This document shows positions 18,081 through 28,700 of a stretch of 64,000 nt of DNA, in pieces. Within the stretch, counting starts at the first letter, position 1. Each line of letters opens with the position of its first letter. Origin of the DNA: Candidatus Omnitrophota bacterium (GTDB lineage Bacteria; Omnitrophota; Gorgyraeia; 2-01-FULL-45-10). The stretch covers positions 52,806-116,805 of the forward strand of contig JAGVGJ010000039.1 of assembly GCA_020057115.1 (NCBI GenBank). Direction: 5' to 3'. Under the pieces are notes generated by a model. The model was not told the origin of the DNA, ran no database searches, and saw only the letters and a list, made by a program, of their open reading frames with translations. The position numbers and the translations under genes are program-made.

Positions 18081-18563
18081 ATGCCCCAAAATACGCCCCT
18101 TACAAGAGATATAAAAGACAAGATAAGAGGCAATGTCACCATCGTCGGCATAGGCAACATCATGCGGGGCGACGACGGCCTCGGGCCTAAATTGATAGAG
18201 CTGTTAAGGACCGAGAAGGTGAACGCGAAACTCTTCGATTGCGGCACGGCGCCTGAAAATTACGCCATCCCGATACTGGCCACTTCGGCGGATACCATAA
18301 TATTCATAGACGCGGCAGAGATGGGCCGCTCTCCCGGAGAGATAGCGGTGCTCGGGTTAGAGGACATATCCAATGTTAGTTTCTCGACCCACAGCCCTTC
18401 GCCGAGGCTTTTCGTTGACCTGCTGAAGACCGGCAAGGAAGATATCAACGTCTTCTTCATATCCATCCAGCCGAAATCGACATCGCTAGGCGCTCACTTA
18501 AGCGGCGAGGTGATGGCGAGCCTTGACATGGTAAAGAGCGCCCTCGTAGAGACCCTGGTCTAG
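18081..18563 (+). CDS. hycI: Hydrogenase maturation endopeptidase (HycI/HybD family)
   Basis: Starts MPQNTPL. Motif IVGIGN.MRGDDG.G with conserved His later in the sequence (STHS). The larger ORF from 17973 overlaps the ferredoxin gene. Confidence 0.8.
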   Translation: MPQNTPLTRDIKDKIRGNVTIVGIGNIMRGDDGLGPKLIELLRTEKVNAKLFDCGTAPENYAIPILATSADTIIFIDAAEMGRSPGEIAVLGLEDISNVSFSTHSPSPRLFVDLLKTGKEDINVFFISIQPKSTSLGAHLSGEVMASLDMVKSALVETLV

Positions 18564-18572
18564 AAGAGCTAT

Positions 18573-20015
18573 ATGGCAAGATCTAAAATAATCCCCGTGA
18601 TCGAAGAGCTGAGATCCCCGCTTCCGCCCGAAGAGATGTTCGCCGCGCTCTCGGATCTTCCTTACAGTTTCTTCCTCGACAGTTCGCTTGTGTCCGAAAA
18701 GCTCGGACGATATTCTTTCTTCGGGTGCGAGCCTTTCCTCGTATTCAAGTCCAAGGCGGACCGCATAACCCTCGAGCGGCAGGACGGCAGCTTCGAGTCT
18801 TTAAAAGGGGACCCGTTCACGGTTCTTAAGTCTATCTTCGGAAGATATGAAGTTTCCGGAGATAAAAATATCCCGCTTGTCTCAGGAGGAGTGGGGTACT
18901 TTTCCTATGACCTAAAAAGATTCGTAGAAGAGCTACCGAATATTTCTATGGATGACATGGAGATACCGGATTCTATCATCTGCTTCTACGATGTTATCGC
19001 CTGTTATGACAACCTGACCAAGCGCGCTTACATATCAAGCTCCGGGCTTCCCGAAGAGGACCCGGGCAGGATCGCTTTGCGCGCCGGACAGAGGCTGAAA
19101 GAGTTTAAGCGAAAATTATCTTCTCCGCCGGCCAAGAAGAGAGGATCATATTTCCTGGAAGATGTCAGCATGCGGTCCAACTTCTCGAAAGATGCTTACA
19201 TAAAAGCCGTGCTCAAGGCCAAGGAGCATATAAAATGCGGAAACATATATCAGGTCAACCTCTCCCAGCGCTTTGAGGCCCAGATCGACGTGGATCCGTT
19301 CGATCTCTATTCTCATTTAAGGAAGGCGAGCCCCGCGCCATTCTCGGCATACCTTGGATTTGGGGATGTCGCGATATTAAGCTCCTCTCCCGAAAGGTTC
19401 CTGCTTAAAAATGGCGACTACATAGAGACAAGGCCCATAAAAGGCACAAGACCCAGGGGAGCAGATCCGAAATCTGACGCGCTTCTTGCAAAAGAGCTTC
19501 TCGCGAGCCCGAAGGACAGGGCGGAGCATATCATGATAGTAGATCTGGAGCGCAATGACCTCGGGCGGATATGCGAATACGGCTCTGTCAAACCGGAGGA
19601 GTTTGTCATACTTGAAAGATACGCAAATGTCTTTCACCTGGTCTCGACAGTTACGGGAAAGCTTAAAGATGACGTCGGTGCCGTCGATTGTCTTAAAGCT
19701 GCTTTCCCGGGCGGGTCGATAACAGGGGCCCCAAAGATACGCGCCATGGAGATAATAGAAGAGCTGGAGCCCGTAAAGCGCTCCGTTTACACCGGCGCCA
19801 TAGGATACATGTCATTCGACGGCAAGATGGATACGTCCATAGCCATAAGGACCTTTATCGTAAAGAGAAATGTGGCGTATTTTCAGGTCGGGGGAGGCAT
19901 AGTGGCCGACTCAGATCCGGCGCTTGAGTATGAAGAGACGCTTCATAAGGCAAAGGGATTGATAGAGGCCCTTAAGATGGCCCAAGAGGCGAGGGGAGGC
20001 TTCGTGCGCGCATGA
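18573..20015 (+). CDS. pabB: Aminodeoxychorismate synthase component I (chorismate-binding enzyme, PabB/TrpE family)
   Basis: 480 aa with chorismate-binding motifs (PFSAYL, ERNDLGR, GGSITGAPK, YTGAIGY). An adjacent class-IV aminotransferase favours PabB over TrpE. Confidence 0.75.
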   Translation: MARSKIIPVIEELRSPLPPEEMFAALSDLPYSFFLDSSLVSEKLGRYSFFGCEPFLVFKSKADRITLERQDGSFESLKGDPFTVLKSIFGRYEVSGDKNIPLVSGGVGYFSYDLKRFVEELPNISMDDMEIPDSIICFYDVIACYDNLTKRAYISSSGLPEEDPGRIALRAGQRLKEFKRKLSSPPAKKRGSYFLEDVSMRSNFSKDAYIKAVLKAKEHIKCGNIYQVNLSQRFEAQIDVDPFDLYSHLRKASPAPFSAYLGFGDVAILSSSPERFLLKNGDYIETRPIKGTRPRGADPKSDALLAKELLASPKDRAEHIMIVDLERNDLGRICEYGSVKPEEFVILERYANVFHLVSTVTGKLKDDVGAVDCLKAAFPGGSITGAPKIRAMEIIEELEPVKRSVYTGAIGYMSFDGKMDTSIAIRTFIVKRNVAYFQVGGGIVADSDPALEYEETLHKAKGLIEALKMAQEARGGFVRA

Positions 20016-20890
20016 AGAGGATGAAGGTCTATATTAACGGCAGATTTACGGACATCTCTTCGGCAAAGGTCTCAGTCTCCGACCGCGGCTTTCTTTATGG
20101 AGACGGCGCGTTCGAGACTATGAGGGCTTACGCAGGCATCGCATTCAAACTCGACGCGCATATCGACAGATTATTCCATTCGCTTAAAGTCATAGATATA
20201 AGACCGCCCTTAGCAAAGAAAGATCTCCGCGATGCGGTAAGACGGGCTATAAAGATCAACAAATTGAAGAGCGCTTACGTCCGCCTTGCCGTTACGCGCG
20301 GGGAGGGAAGGTTCGGGATCGACGCGTTTGTCGGAGCTAAACCGAATACCGTGATCATCGCTAAAGAGCTGGACGGATATCCGGAGGCTTTCTACCGAAG
20401 GGGGATAAAGGTATCGATCGCAAGGAATACCAGGCAGAATGGACATTCGCCGGTATCCGGCGTAAAGAGCCTCAACTTCCTTAACTATATCATCGCCCGA
20501 ATGGAGGCTAAAAAAAGAGGTTTTGACGAAGCCATCCTTCTTAATACGGAAGGATATGTCGCCGAAGGCGCTTCATCTAATATCTTCATCGTAAAACGCG
20601 GCCGTATTATGACCCCTTCTCCGGATAGCGGCATATTACAGGGCATTACAAGAGACATCGTGATCAAGCTCGCGCGAAGGCTTAAGGTGGCCCTCGAAGA
20701 GCGGCGCGTCCGCGAGAACGAGCTTCTCGGCGCGGACGAGGCATTCGTTACAAATTCCATGCAGGAGGTAGTTCCGGTGACTGGCGTCGATAATCGGAAG
20801 GTGGGCGGTGGAAAGCCCGGGGATGTCACAAGGCTTATCCGCATAGCCTATCAGAAAGAAGTGATCTATGATACAATACACCGGATATGA
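20012..20890 (+). CDS. pabC: Class-IV aminotransferase, probable aminodeoxychorismate lyase
   Basis: 292 aa, class IV fold (FLYGDGAFET...), translationally coupled to the pabB-like gene. Confidence 0.65.
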   Translation: MKRMKVYINGRFTDISSAKVSVSDRGFLYGDGAFETMRAYAGIAFKLDAHIDRLFHSLKVIDIRPPLAKKDLRDAVRRAIKINKLKSAYVRLAVTRGEGRFGIDAFVGAKPNTVIIAKELDGYPEAFYRRGIKVSIARNTRQNGHSPVSGVKSLNFLNYIIARMEAKKRGFDEAILLNTEGYVAEGASSNIFIVKRGRIMTPSPDSGILQGITRDIVIKLARRLKVALEERRVRENELLGADEAFVTNSMQEVVPVTGVDNRKVGGGKPGDVTRLIRIAYQKEVIYDTIHRI

Positions 20891-22554
20891 ACATGAATAT
20901 TAGCATCAAAAGGACTTCGGTGGTGATGATAGCGCTCGTGATCCTCTCGGGCTACCTGTTCTTTTTTCATCTCGGCAATATGGCGCTCACCGACCCCGAC
21001 GAGACATTCTACGGCCAGACGGCCAAAGAGATGTTGAACAGGAACGAGTGGAGCACTCCGTACCTCTACGGCAAGCCGCAGTTCGAGAAGCCGATATTCT
21101 TCTATTGGATGGTGGAGGCGTCTTATAGGATATTTGGCGTAAATGAGTTCGCTGCGCGGCTCCCCTCGGCCGTATTCGGCATGGCCGGGATCATCGCGGT
21201 ATTTTTTCTCGGGTCGCTTCTTTATGATAAGCGCATAGGGATATTGGCTGCGGTGATACTTGCCACGAACGTGGAATATATCATCCTCTCAAGGGCCTGC
21301 ATAACGGATATGGCCCTCGGGACATTCATCCTATTCGGTATGCTCTTCTTCCTCCATGGCTACATTAAAGATAAGCCGGCATTCTATTCTCTTTCGGCGG
21401 CGGCATTTGCTTTTGCGGTCCTGACAAAAGGGCCTGTCGGCCTGGCGCTTCCGGGCCTGTCCATACTGCTATATTTGGTGATCACCGGAGGGCTGGTGAA
21501 ATTTATAAAGCGCTCTAAGCTGTACTGGCCTCTCCTCATATTTATCGCGATAGCAGCGCCTTGGTATATCCTTATGTACAAGGTCCACGGCCAGCCTTTT
21601 ATCGACGAGTTTTTCGGGTTCCGCAACATGAACAGGTTCCTCGTGCCCGAGCATAAGATAGGCTCCCAGTTCTATTATTATGTGCCGGTCGTATTCGGCG
21701 CGCTCTTTCCCTGGAGCGTTTTCCTGCCGCTCGCCCTATGGCGTTCGCTCGAGAGCGCTTTTGACAAAAGCTCGCCCGGCCGCAGCAATTCGATATTCCT
21801 TATTTTATGGTTTTTAGTGATATTCATATTCTTTTCGATATCCGGGACTAAGCTGGCTACCTATATATTCCCGACATTCGCCGCGCTGGCGGTGATGATA
21901 GCCGTCCTGTGGGAGGAGCTGTTTAAAGAAAGGCCATCTCCCGGAACGGAGAAGTGGATGAAGGTGTCATTCGTCTTGTTATTCTTCGTGATAGCCATAG
22001 GAGCGGTGGTATTCTTCTTCTTTATGAAGAAGCGCTATCCCATAGCGATGGCTGGCGCGGCCATGACAGGCGCGCTTCTCACGCTCGGCTTCGGATTATC
22101 GATGCTGTCGTTCTTTAAGAAAAGATACGCGGCTTCATTATTCTTCATCGTCTACGCCATAGTCATATTCCTTTATCCGCTCTCCGTCCTTGTCCTTCCT
22201 TCGGTGGAGCGCTACGAGACGAGCAAGGAGATATCTCTCCACCTGAACAAGATGATGGAAGAGACCGAGGCCGTGGCCTCCGAGAGCCATTATCGCGCCG
22301 GCGTGGCATTTTATACCGGACATTTTCCGATCGACATAGATGTACATGAAGATCTCGTGAGGTTTCTTGATACGGATAAGCGGGTCTGGATAGTAATGAA
22401 AGATAAGAATCACCAGCAACTCTACGAGCTCGATACAAAACCATTCCACACCAAGCCGTCATACATGGTCTATAAACTGCGGAAGAAGGCTATAGTGACC
22501 AACCTTCCGCCGGAGGACGGCAAATATATCCTGAAAAGGGAGAGAATTAAGTGA
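20887..22554 (+). CDS. GT39/GT83 (ArnT/PMT-like) membrane glycosyltransferase
   Basis: 555 aa, polytopic, with an N-terminal DPDE.FYG motif typical of ArnT-like glycosyltransferases. Confidence 0.8.
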   Translation: MNMNISIKRTSVVMIALVILSGYLFFFHLGNMALTDPDETFYGQTAKEMLNRNEWSTPYLYGKPQFEKPIFFYWMVEASYRIFGVNEFAARLPSAVFGMAGIIAVFFLGSLLYDKRIGILAAVILATNVEYIILSRACITDMALGTFILFGMLFFLHGYIKDKPAFYSLSAAAFAFAVLTKGPVGLALPGLSILLYLVITGGLVKFIKRSKLYWPLLIFIAIAAPWYILMYKVHGQPFIDEFFGFRNMNRFLVPEHKIGSQFYYYVPVVFGALFPWSVFLPLALWRSLESAFDKSSPGRSNSIFLILWFLVIFIFFSISGTKLATYIFPTFAALAVMIAVLWEELFKERPSPGTEKWMKVSFVLLFFVIAIGAVVFFFFMKKRYPIAMAGAAMTGALLTLGFGLSMLSFFKKRYAASLFFIVYAIVIFLYPLSVLVLPSVERYETSKEISLHLNKMMEETEAVASESHYRAGVAFYTGHFPIDIDVHEDLVRFLDTDKRVWIVMKDKNHQQLYELDTKPFHTKPSYMVYKLRKKAIVTNLPPEDGKYILKRERIK

Positions 22555-23243
22555 AGAAGCACAGCATATCTTTCGTGTTCCCGATGTATAACGAGGCCGA
22601 TAATATCGCAGCCACTTTGGCCAAGGCGACGCGCCTTGCGCGGGAACTGTCCGATGATCATGAGCTTATCGTAGTCGATGATGCCTCGACGGACGCCTCT
22701 CCTTACATCGTCAAGGAGCTTGCCGCGAAAGACGATAGGATAAAGCTCATAAGGCTCCAGAAGAATACCAAGTTCGGTGGGGCGCTCGCCAAAGGGCTTT
22801 TAAGCGCAGCCAAGGAGACGGTGGTCTATACAGATTCCGACTTTCCCGCGAAGGAGAAGGACATATGGAATGTCTTAGGCATGCTTGAGCGCGCAGATAT
22901 AGTGAGTGCGTATAGCCTCGTAATAAAGGACTGGAGCCTGAAGCGCATCATCATGTCTAAGGGGTATAATTTCCTGGTGAGGCTACTGTTCGGCCTTAAG
23001 ATGCGAGATATAAACGCAGGGCTTAAGGCCTACAGGCGAGATGTCTTTAAAGATATGAAGCTTATCTCTAACAGTCCGTTCGTGGACGCCGAGATATTCG
23101 TCGAGGCGCTGCGGAAGGGCTTTAAGATCGAACAATACGGCCTGATATTCGATTTGCGGACGAAGGGGAGATCCATGATCTCCAGACCCAGCATAGTCGC
23201 TCGCACTTTCTGGGACATGCTGGTCTACAGGTTCTCCAGATGA
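22551..23243 (+). CDS. Family-2 glycosyltransferase (polyprenyl-phosphate sugar transferase, ArnC/DPM1-like)
   Basis: GT-A fold with FPMYNE and VVDDASTD motifs. Confidence 0.85.
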   Translation: MKKHSISFVFPMYNEADNIAATLAKATRLARELSDDHELIVVDDASTDASPYIVKELAAKDDRIKLIRLQKNTKFGGALAKGLLSAAKETVVYTDSDFPAKEKDIWNVLGMLERADIVSAYSLVIKDWSLKRIIMSKGYNFLVRLLFGLKMRDINAGLKAYRRDVFKDMKLISNSPFVDAEIFVEALRKGFKIEQYGLIFDLRTKGRSMISRPSIVARTFWDMLVYRFSR

Positions 23244-24076
23244 AGCAGCTTATAATAACAGCTGATGATTTCGGGATAACGAAGAGCGTCAATGAGGGCA
23301 TAGCCAGGGCCTACAGGGAAGGCGCCATTACATGCGTATCTTTTTTGCCTTCGGGAGACGCTTATCAGGATGCCGTCGCCCGGGCCGGGGCGCTGGGCAT
23401 AAAAGAGATGGCCGCGCATCTTGCGCTCACGGAAGTTTCGCCGGTCTCAGATCCCGCCAAAGTCTCGAGCCTCGTAACAAAGTCCGGACGGTTCAATAAA
23501 AGTCGCATATCGTTCTTCTTGAAGTTTTTCCTCGGCAGCATAAAGACCGAAGAGATATATTCAGAGTTAAAAGCCCAGCTCGATCTATTAAAGAAGGCCG
23601 GTATCCCGATAGCGTGTTTAAGCGGCCATGAACATATCCACATGATGCCGGGGATCCTCGAGATATTCATTAAGCTTGCCAAAGAATACGATATCCCGTC
23701 CATAAGATACATGAATGACAATTCAAAGATCGCCGGATTCGATCTTGCGAAAATTTTCAGGGCCATGGTCCAATATCTTTACAGGGACAATATGAAGAAG
23801 TCTTTCGGCGCTTCCTCTATAAAATACGCAGACAGGCTGCTTGGTTTTATCGATTCGGGCAGGATGGGGGAGAAGAAACTCATGATGATGCTCGGGGGAC
23901 TCCCCGACGGCGTTACGGAGCTCGTCACCCATCCCGGTCTCATGGGCCCGGAAATCGCAAGCCGCTACAAATTCCACTCTAACTGCGAGCGCGAACTGAA
24001 AGCGCTCACCAGCCCCAGCGTCAGATCTCTCATCTCCAAGAACAACATCACCCTCACCACTTTCGGTTCACTGTAG
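23240..24076 (+). CDS. YdjC/ChbG-family carbohydrate deacetylase
   Basis: N-terminal ITADDFG motif and the conserved HEHIH. Confidence 0.7.
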   Translation: MKQLIITADDFGITKSVNEGIARAYREGAITCVSFLPSGDAYQDAVARAGALGIKEMAAHLALTEVSPVSDPAKVSSLVTKSGRFNKSRISFFLKFFLGSIKTEEIYSELKAQLDLLKKAGIPIACLSGHEHIHMMPGILEIFIKLAKEYDIPSIRYMNDNSKIAGFDLAKIFRAMVQYLYRDNMKKSFGASSIKYADRLLGFIDSGRMGEKKLMMMLGGLPDGVTELVTHPGLMGPEIASRYKFHSNCERELKALTSPSVRSLISKNNITLTTFGSL

Positions 24077-24077
24077 C

Positions 24078-24212
24078 CCTCTCGGGGTGGGGTATCCTTA
24101 CGCGAACGCTCCATTCCCAGAGGGAATGTCGCTCGGAAGGTTGCTAAATTCGTTGAAATTTAGCAACCTTCGACGTCGCTTCAGGACACCCCACCCCTCG
24201 AGAGCACACATG
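24078..24212. repeat. Large compound palindrome downstream of the ydjC-like gene
   Basis: Outer inverted repeat ctctcggggtggggtatcc ... ggacaccccacccctcgagag, enclosing a perfect 14-bp hairpin (aggttgctaaattt cgttg aaatttagcaacct). Confidence 0.5.
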
Positions 24213-24276
24213 CAGCGAAATTATAGACGGTTTTAAAAGGAAATTCAAAATTTCAACTTTAGGGGGAAAAGGTCTT

Positions 24277-24318
24277 AAAGGGAAAGGAGGACATACTCCT
24301 CCTTTCCCTTTTATATAG
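24277..24318 (+). terminator. Intrinsic terminator, possibly bidirectional
   Basis: A 14-15-bp perfect stem (aaagggaaaggagga / cctcctttcccttt) followed by ttttatatagatttt. Confidence 0.5.
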
Positions 24319-24431
24319 ATTTTCGCGAATTTTTCGCGTGCGTACATTTAAGGAAAGGGGGTTCAGTGAGCGAGTCGTTGTTTTTACTTGAGACGAGCGA
24401 ACGCCGAAGGGGGAAAACAACGTTTTCCCCC

Positions 24432-24486
24432 TTGGAAAAACGGAAAACCCCTGCTCGCGAAACTACGCGGGAGGGGTTTCCGTTTT
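24432..24486 (-). terminator. Intrinsic terminator of ssrA
   Basis: Long imperfect GC hairpin (ggaaaacccctgctcgcg / cgcgggaggggtttcc) immediately 3' of the tmRNA CCA, followed on the minus strand by a U-run (ccgtttttcc). Confidence 0.6.
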
Positions 24487-24900
24487 TGGTGGAGGTGGGG
24501 GGAATCGAACCCCCGTCCCCGGGTATCAGAATAAAGGTCTCTACATGTTTATCCTAATCTTTGATTTCCCTCCCGCGGGCTTCAATAGGAGGAATCCCGC
24601 AGGAAGTATCCTTTATAGATTTCATCCCGCCGGCAAAAGGCTATGTCGCCGGGACTATCCCGCTAGTGTCGTCTTACCCGTTCCCGCAGGCTGGAACAGA
24701 AGACGGGTTAGCTTATAAAGCTAACGCTGCCGGAAGAACCGGTCCCGGCACTACTTGCATAGTGCGTAGGAGCTGGTCTACCGTTGCTGGAACCTTTAGG
24801 TTTTCAGCATTTGATTTGTGCCAGGTTTTTTAAGAGGCCTCCTAGCAACCTCTACATGCCGCCCTTACCTTGCTTACCTGGGTCGAATCCAGTCACCCCC
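24487..24900 (-). ncRNA. ssrA: tmRNA (SsrA)
   Basis: The minus strand ends ...GGGGGTTCGATTCCCCCCACCTCCACCA (T-arm plus CCA). The 5' end GGGGGTGACTGGATTCGACCCAGG pairs with the 3' end to form a 7-bp acceptor stem with the G3:U70 alanine identity pair. An internal tag-like frame ends ...PAALAL followed by UAA within a hairpin. smpB lies immediately upstream on the same strand. Confidence 0.85.
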
Positions 24901-25060
24901 TCAAATGAGACCACAACTTATGGAGCGATAGCGACATAAGTTGTTCGCGTCGCTTGCCGGCTGGGTCGAATTTGATCCCGCAAGATACCTTTAAATATTC
25001 GTAGTCTACGATAAATCTATCTTGCGGGAAAAATAATTCAGGTTAGCGTTTCAAAGAACA

Positions 25061-25516
25061 TTACTTATTGCGGTCTCTCAAGGCGCGCTTAAGCTCGCGG
25101 TCGGATTCACGCTTCTTGATCGCGTCGCGCTTGTCATAAAGCTTCTTGCCTTTGGCAAGCCCGAGCTCGACCTTGACGATACCATTCTTAAAATATAGCT
25201 TAAGAGGGATCAATGTGAGGCTCTTCTGCGAGAGCTCTACCGAAAACCTCTTGATCTGGTTTTTATGAAGTAATAGCTTCCTCGGCCTTATCGATTCGAC
25301 ATTGGCTATATTGCCGAACTCGTAAGGGGGTATATGCATATTATACAGGAAAATCTCCGCACCTTCAAGCCTTGCGTAACTATCGACCAGGCTCGCTTTG
25401 CCTGCCCTTAAGGACTTTACTTCAGTCCCTTTAAGCTGGATGCCGGCCTCAAGGCTCTCAAAGATAGCATAGTTATGGCGGGCCTTCCTATTAGTTGCAA
25501 TAACTTTATCGTCCAT
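25061..25516 (-). CDS. smpB: SsrA-binding protein SmpB
   Basis: 151 aa, clear SmpB family (ATNRKARHNY...KGTEVKSLR...). Confidence 0.95.
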   Translation of the reverse strand: MDDKVIATNRKARHNYAIFESLEAGIQLKGTEVKSLRAGKASLVDSYARLEGAEIFLYNMHIPPYEFGNIANVESIRPRKLLLHKNQIKRFSVELSQKSLTLIPLKLYFKNGIVKVELGLAKGKKLYDKRDAIKKRESDRELKRALRDRNK

Positions 25517-25560
25517 ATTGGCTTAAACATATCATAATATACATGTAAAATCAAGACGGA

Positions 25561-25589
25561 TTGACAGGAAGGGCGTTTTGGGATATACT
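25561..25589 (+). promoter_or_regulatory. Sigma70-like promoter for the 1094-aa membrane/spermidine-synthase-like gene
   Basis: ttgaca (25561-25566), a 17-nt spacer, then tatact (25584-25589). An 85-nt leader hairpin (25603-25687) follows. Confidence 0.45.
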
Positions 25590-25717
25590 ATTTCAACAAT
25601 TTGTGCGGACGTGGCGGAACTGGCATACGCGTACGGCTCAGAACCGTATGGGGCAACCCTTAAGAGTTCAACTCTCTTCGTCCGCACCACTATCTTTACT
25701 CTTCTGACAAAGGAAAA

Positions 25718-28700
25718 TTGATGAAAAAGATGTTCTCCATCAAGGCGATAGTATTTATAGCCGCATTCCTGCTATTCCAGATCGAACTCATAATATCCAA
25801 GCTTTTATTGCCTAAGTTCGGCGGGAGTTATACTGTATGGGGCGCGGCCATCGTATTTTTCCAGGCGACCCTGTTATTGGGCTACCTCTATTCCCATTTT
25901 GTCATTCAGAAGTTCGGCATAGAGCGATACCGCCGCTTCCATATCGGGCTCATCCTTCTTACGCTATTATTCTTTCCGGGAAGGCCGCTGCCGGCCATCG
26001 CTCCGGTGGAGCACCTGCCTATGGTGCTCAATATATTCTGGCAATTATCCCGCACCATAGGGGTCTCATTCTTCCTCTTGTCAACGACGAGCATAATATT
26101 CCAGAGCTGGCTGGCCTCATCCGAATTACCCGAAAAGAAAGACCCTTATTCACTGTACGGCGTATCCAATCTAGGGTCATTCGCGGCGCTTTTGACCTAC
26201 CCGTTCCTGTTCGAGATGTCATTCGATCTAGGCGTGCAGCTGGGGATATGGAGGTTCTTTTATATTATTCTGGTCTTGCTGCACATCGTAGCGCTTCGTT
26301 CGGTAAAGGTGGTTTCTCCTGTAGCGGAAGAGGCCCGGCCCGTCGAAAGCGCGCCCATAAAAACAAAACTCCGCTGGTTTGCGCTCGGCGGGGCAGGCGT
26401 TATCATGTTCCTCTCCATAACCAATATCATCACCTATGAGATAGCCCCCATACCGTTATTATGGATAGTCCCGCTCTCGATCTATCTTTTGTCATTCGTA
26501 TTGAACTTTAAAAGAAAATCATGGTGCCCGGCGTGGATAAGGGATAAATTCCATCTTGTCATCGCCTTCGGCGTGATGCTCTATTTCATGACCGAGATAG
26601 CGGCCCTTGAGTTTATGATCAAGGTCATGTGCTATATATTCGTACTATTTGCGACATGCATGTTCTGCCAAAACGAGCTTTATGCGCGCAAGCCGCAGGA
26701 TAGCCGCAACTTGACGGAGTTCTATCTGGTGATCGCGCTGGGAGGTTTTTGCGGCGGGGTGCTGGTAAGCTGGATCATGCCGCTTGTCACGGCGTCAATG
26801 GCGGAATATCTGATAGGGTTATTACTTATCACCGGGGCCATGGCGCTCGGCGAGGAGAAATGGCGCATTGATAACTACAGCATTAAGCTGATAGCCTACC
26901 TGCTCATACTGGTGATAGTTTGGCCTTTCATATTCAGCGGCTACAACATCTTCGGCATCCTTATACTTTGGGCGGTATTCGCTTTCGTATATTCCAAGCT
27001 TAAAGCCAGGCCGGTGGCCATGGCTGTCAGCGTGCTGGTGCTCCTCGGCCTTTCGCTTACGTCATTCTTACCTTCCATCTGGGGCAATTACACATATCTG
27101 TACCGCCACCGCAACTATTACGGATTTTACAAGGTATACGAGGCCAAGGAGAAAAGGAGTCTTACGAACGGCAGCATATTGCACGGCGCGCAGTACCTTT
27201 CCAAGGACAGGCAGTCAGAGCCGCTCACATACTACAGCTATTCCACTCCGGTCGGCGCTGTGCTGAAGTCACCGTTCTTCGATTTCAAGCGCATAGGTAT
27301 TGTGGGGCTCGGGACCGGAACGCTTGCCGCTTACGGCGCGCCTGATCGAACGATAGATTTTTTTGAGCTGGACCCCGAAGTCTACGGGATAGCCAAAAAG
27401 TATTTTACATATCTAGACGACAGTAAGAGCAAGATCACTTATGTGATCGGCGACGCGCGGCTCTCGCTTGCGGCGGTCCCGGCCGAATACTACGACATCC
27501 TTATCGTCGACGCTTTCAGCGGGGATTCTATACCGATACACCTTCTTACGGTAGAAGCGATCACGGAATACCAGAAACGCATCACCAGGAAGGGCATCGT
27601 GTTGTTCCATGTATCTAACAGATATCTGGACCTCGCTCCCGTATTGTTCGCCAACGCGAACACAGTGCTTGCCTACGCATGCATGGACCGGAACAGGTCA
27701 TTGTTCGATGACACAGCCGCATCGGAATGGGTGGCCATGACATGGAGCCCTGCGACCTATGACATCATGATGTCTCAGATGAAATGGAAGAAGTCTCCCG
27801 GAGGAGCGAATAAGGTCTCAAGGCCGTGGACGGATACATACTCCAACATCTTAAGCGTGTTCCAGTCCGAGAACCTGCTCGCCCAGGTACGCAACTTCAG
27901 GCCATTCTACTGGGATGCTAATCCCGTTGCCGATAAAGCAAGAGATGCATATTACTATTTTGTTGAAGGAAGCTTTTACATGAGTAAGAACGAGATAGAC
28001 AAAGCTATCCGTTCCTACCAGAAATCTTTGAAGTCCAATCCTGCGAGCGCTTCGGTATTGAACGGGATGGGCTTCGCTTATTACCGGAAGGGGGATTATC
28101 CGCTCGCTTTGGAGTATTTTAAGAAAGCTGTCACTGCGAAGCCGAACGACGAAAACATACTATACAATATGGGCAACGTCTATTTCAAGATCAATGATTA
28201 TGAGCAGGCAATAGAATGCTACAAGAAGTCTCTGGAGATAAAACCCAATGATCCGGATTCCCTGCGCAATCTTGCGCGGGCTTACAGTAAGACGGGCCAG
28301 CCCCGGGAGGCGAAGGCATATTTTAAGAAGGCCATAGACGTCAATCCCAACGCATTTGACGTGCGGCTTGCATATCAATTCGAGCAGGAGGTGAGCCGGC
28401 TGGAAGAGGCTATCAGGAAAGACCCTAAAGACGCCGCGTCACTGAACTCTCTCGGCGGTGTATACTTTCGCCAGGCCGAATATGGGAAGGCCATAGAGTG
28501 TTATAAGCGCGCCATGGATGTAAAGCCGGATGACGTAGAGAGCGTTAATAGTCTCGGTTATGCCTATTATACGCAGGGTAATTATCCGAAAGCTCTCGAG
28601 CTTTATCAGAAGGGACTTTCGATGCGTCCGAAAGACGCTGATGTGCTCCACAACCTGGGCAATACTTATTACAAGACCGGCGCTTTCCAGAAGGCAGTAG

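Noticed and set aside
24366-24833. ORFs 24366-24557 and 24561-24833 on the + strand
   Set aside because: They lie entirely within the ssrA terminator and the tmRNA gene on the opposite strand, so they are translation artefacts of a structured RNA locus.
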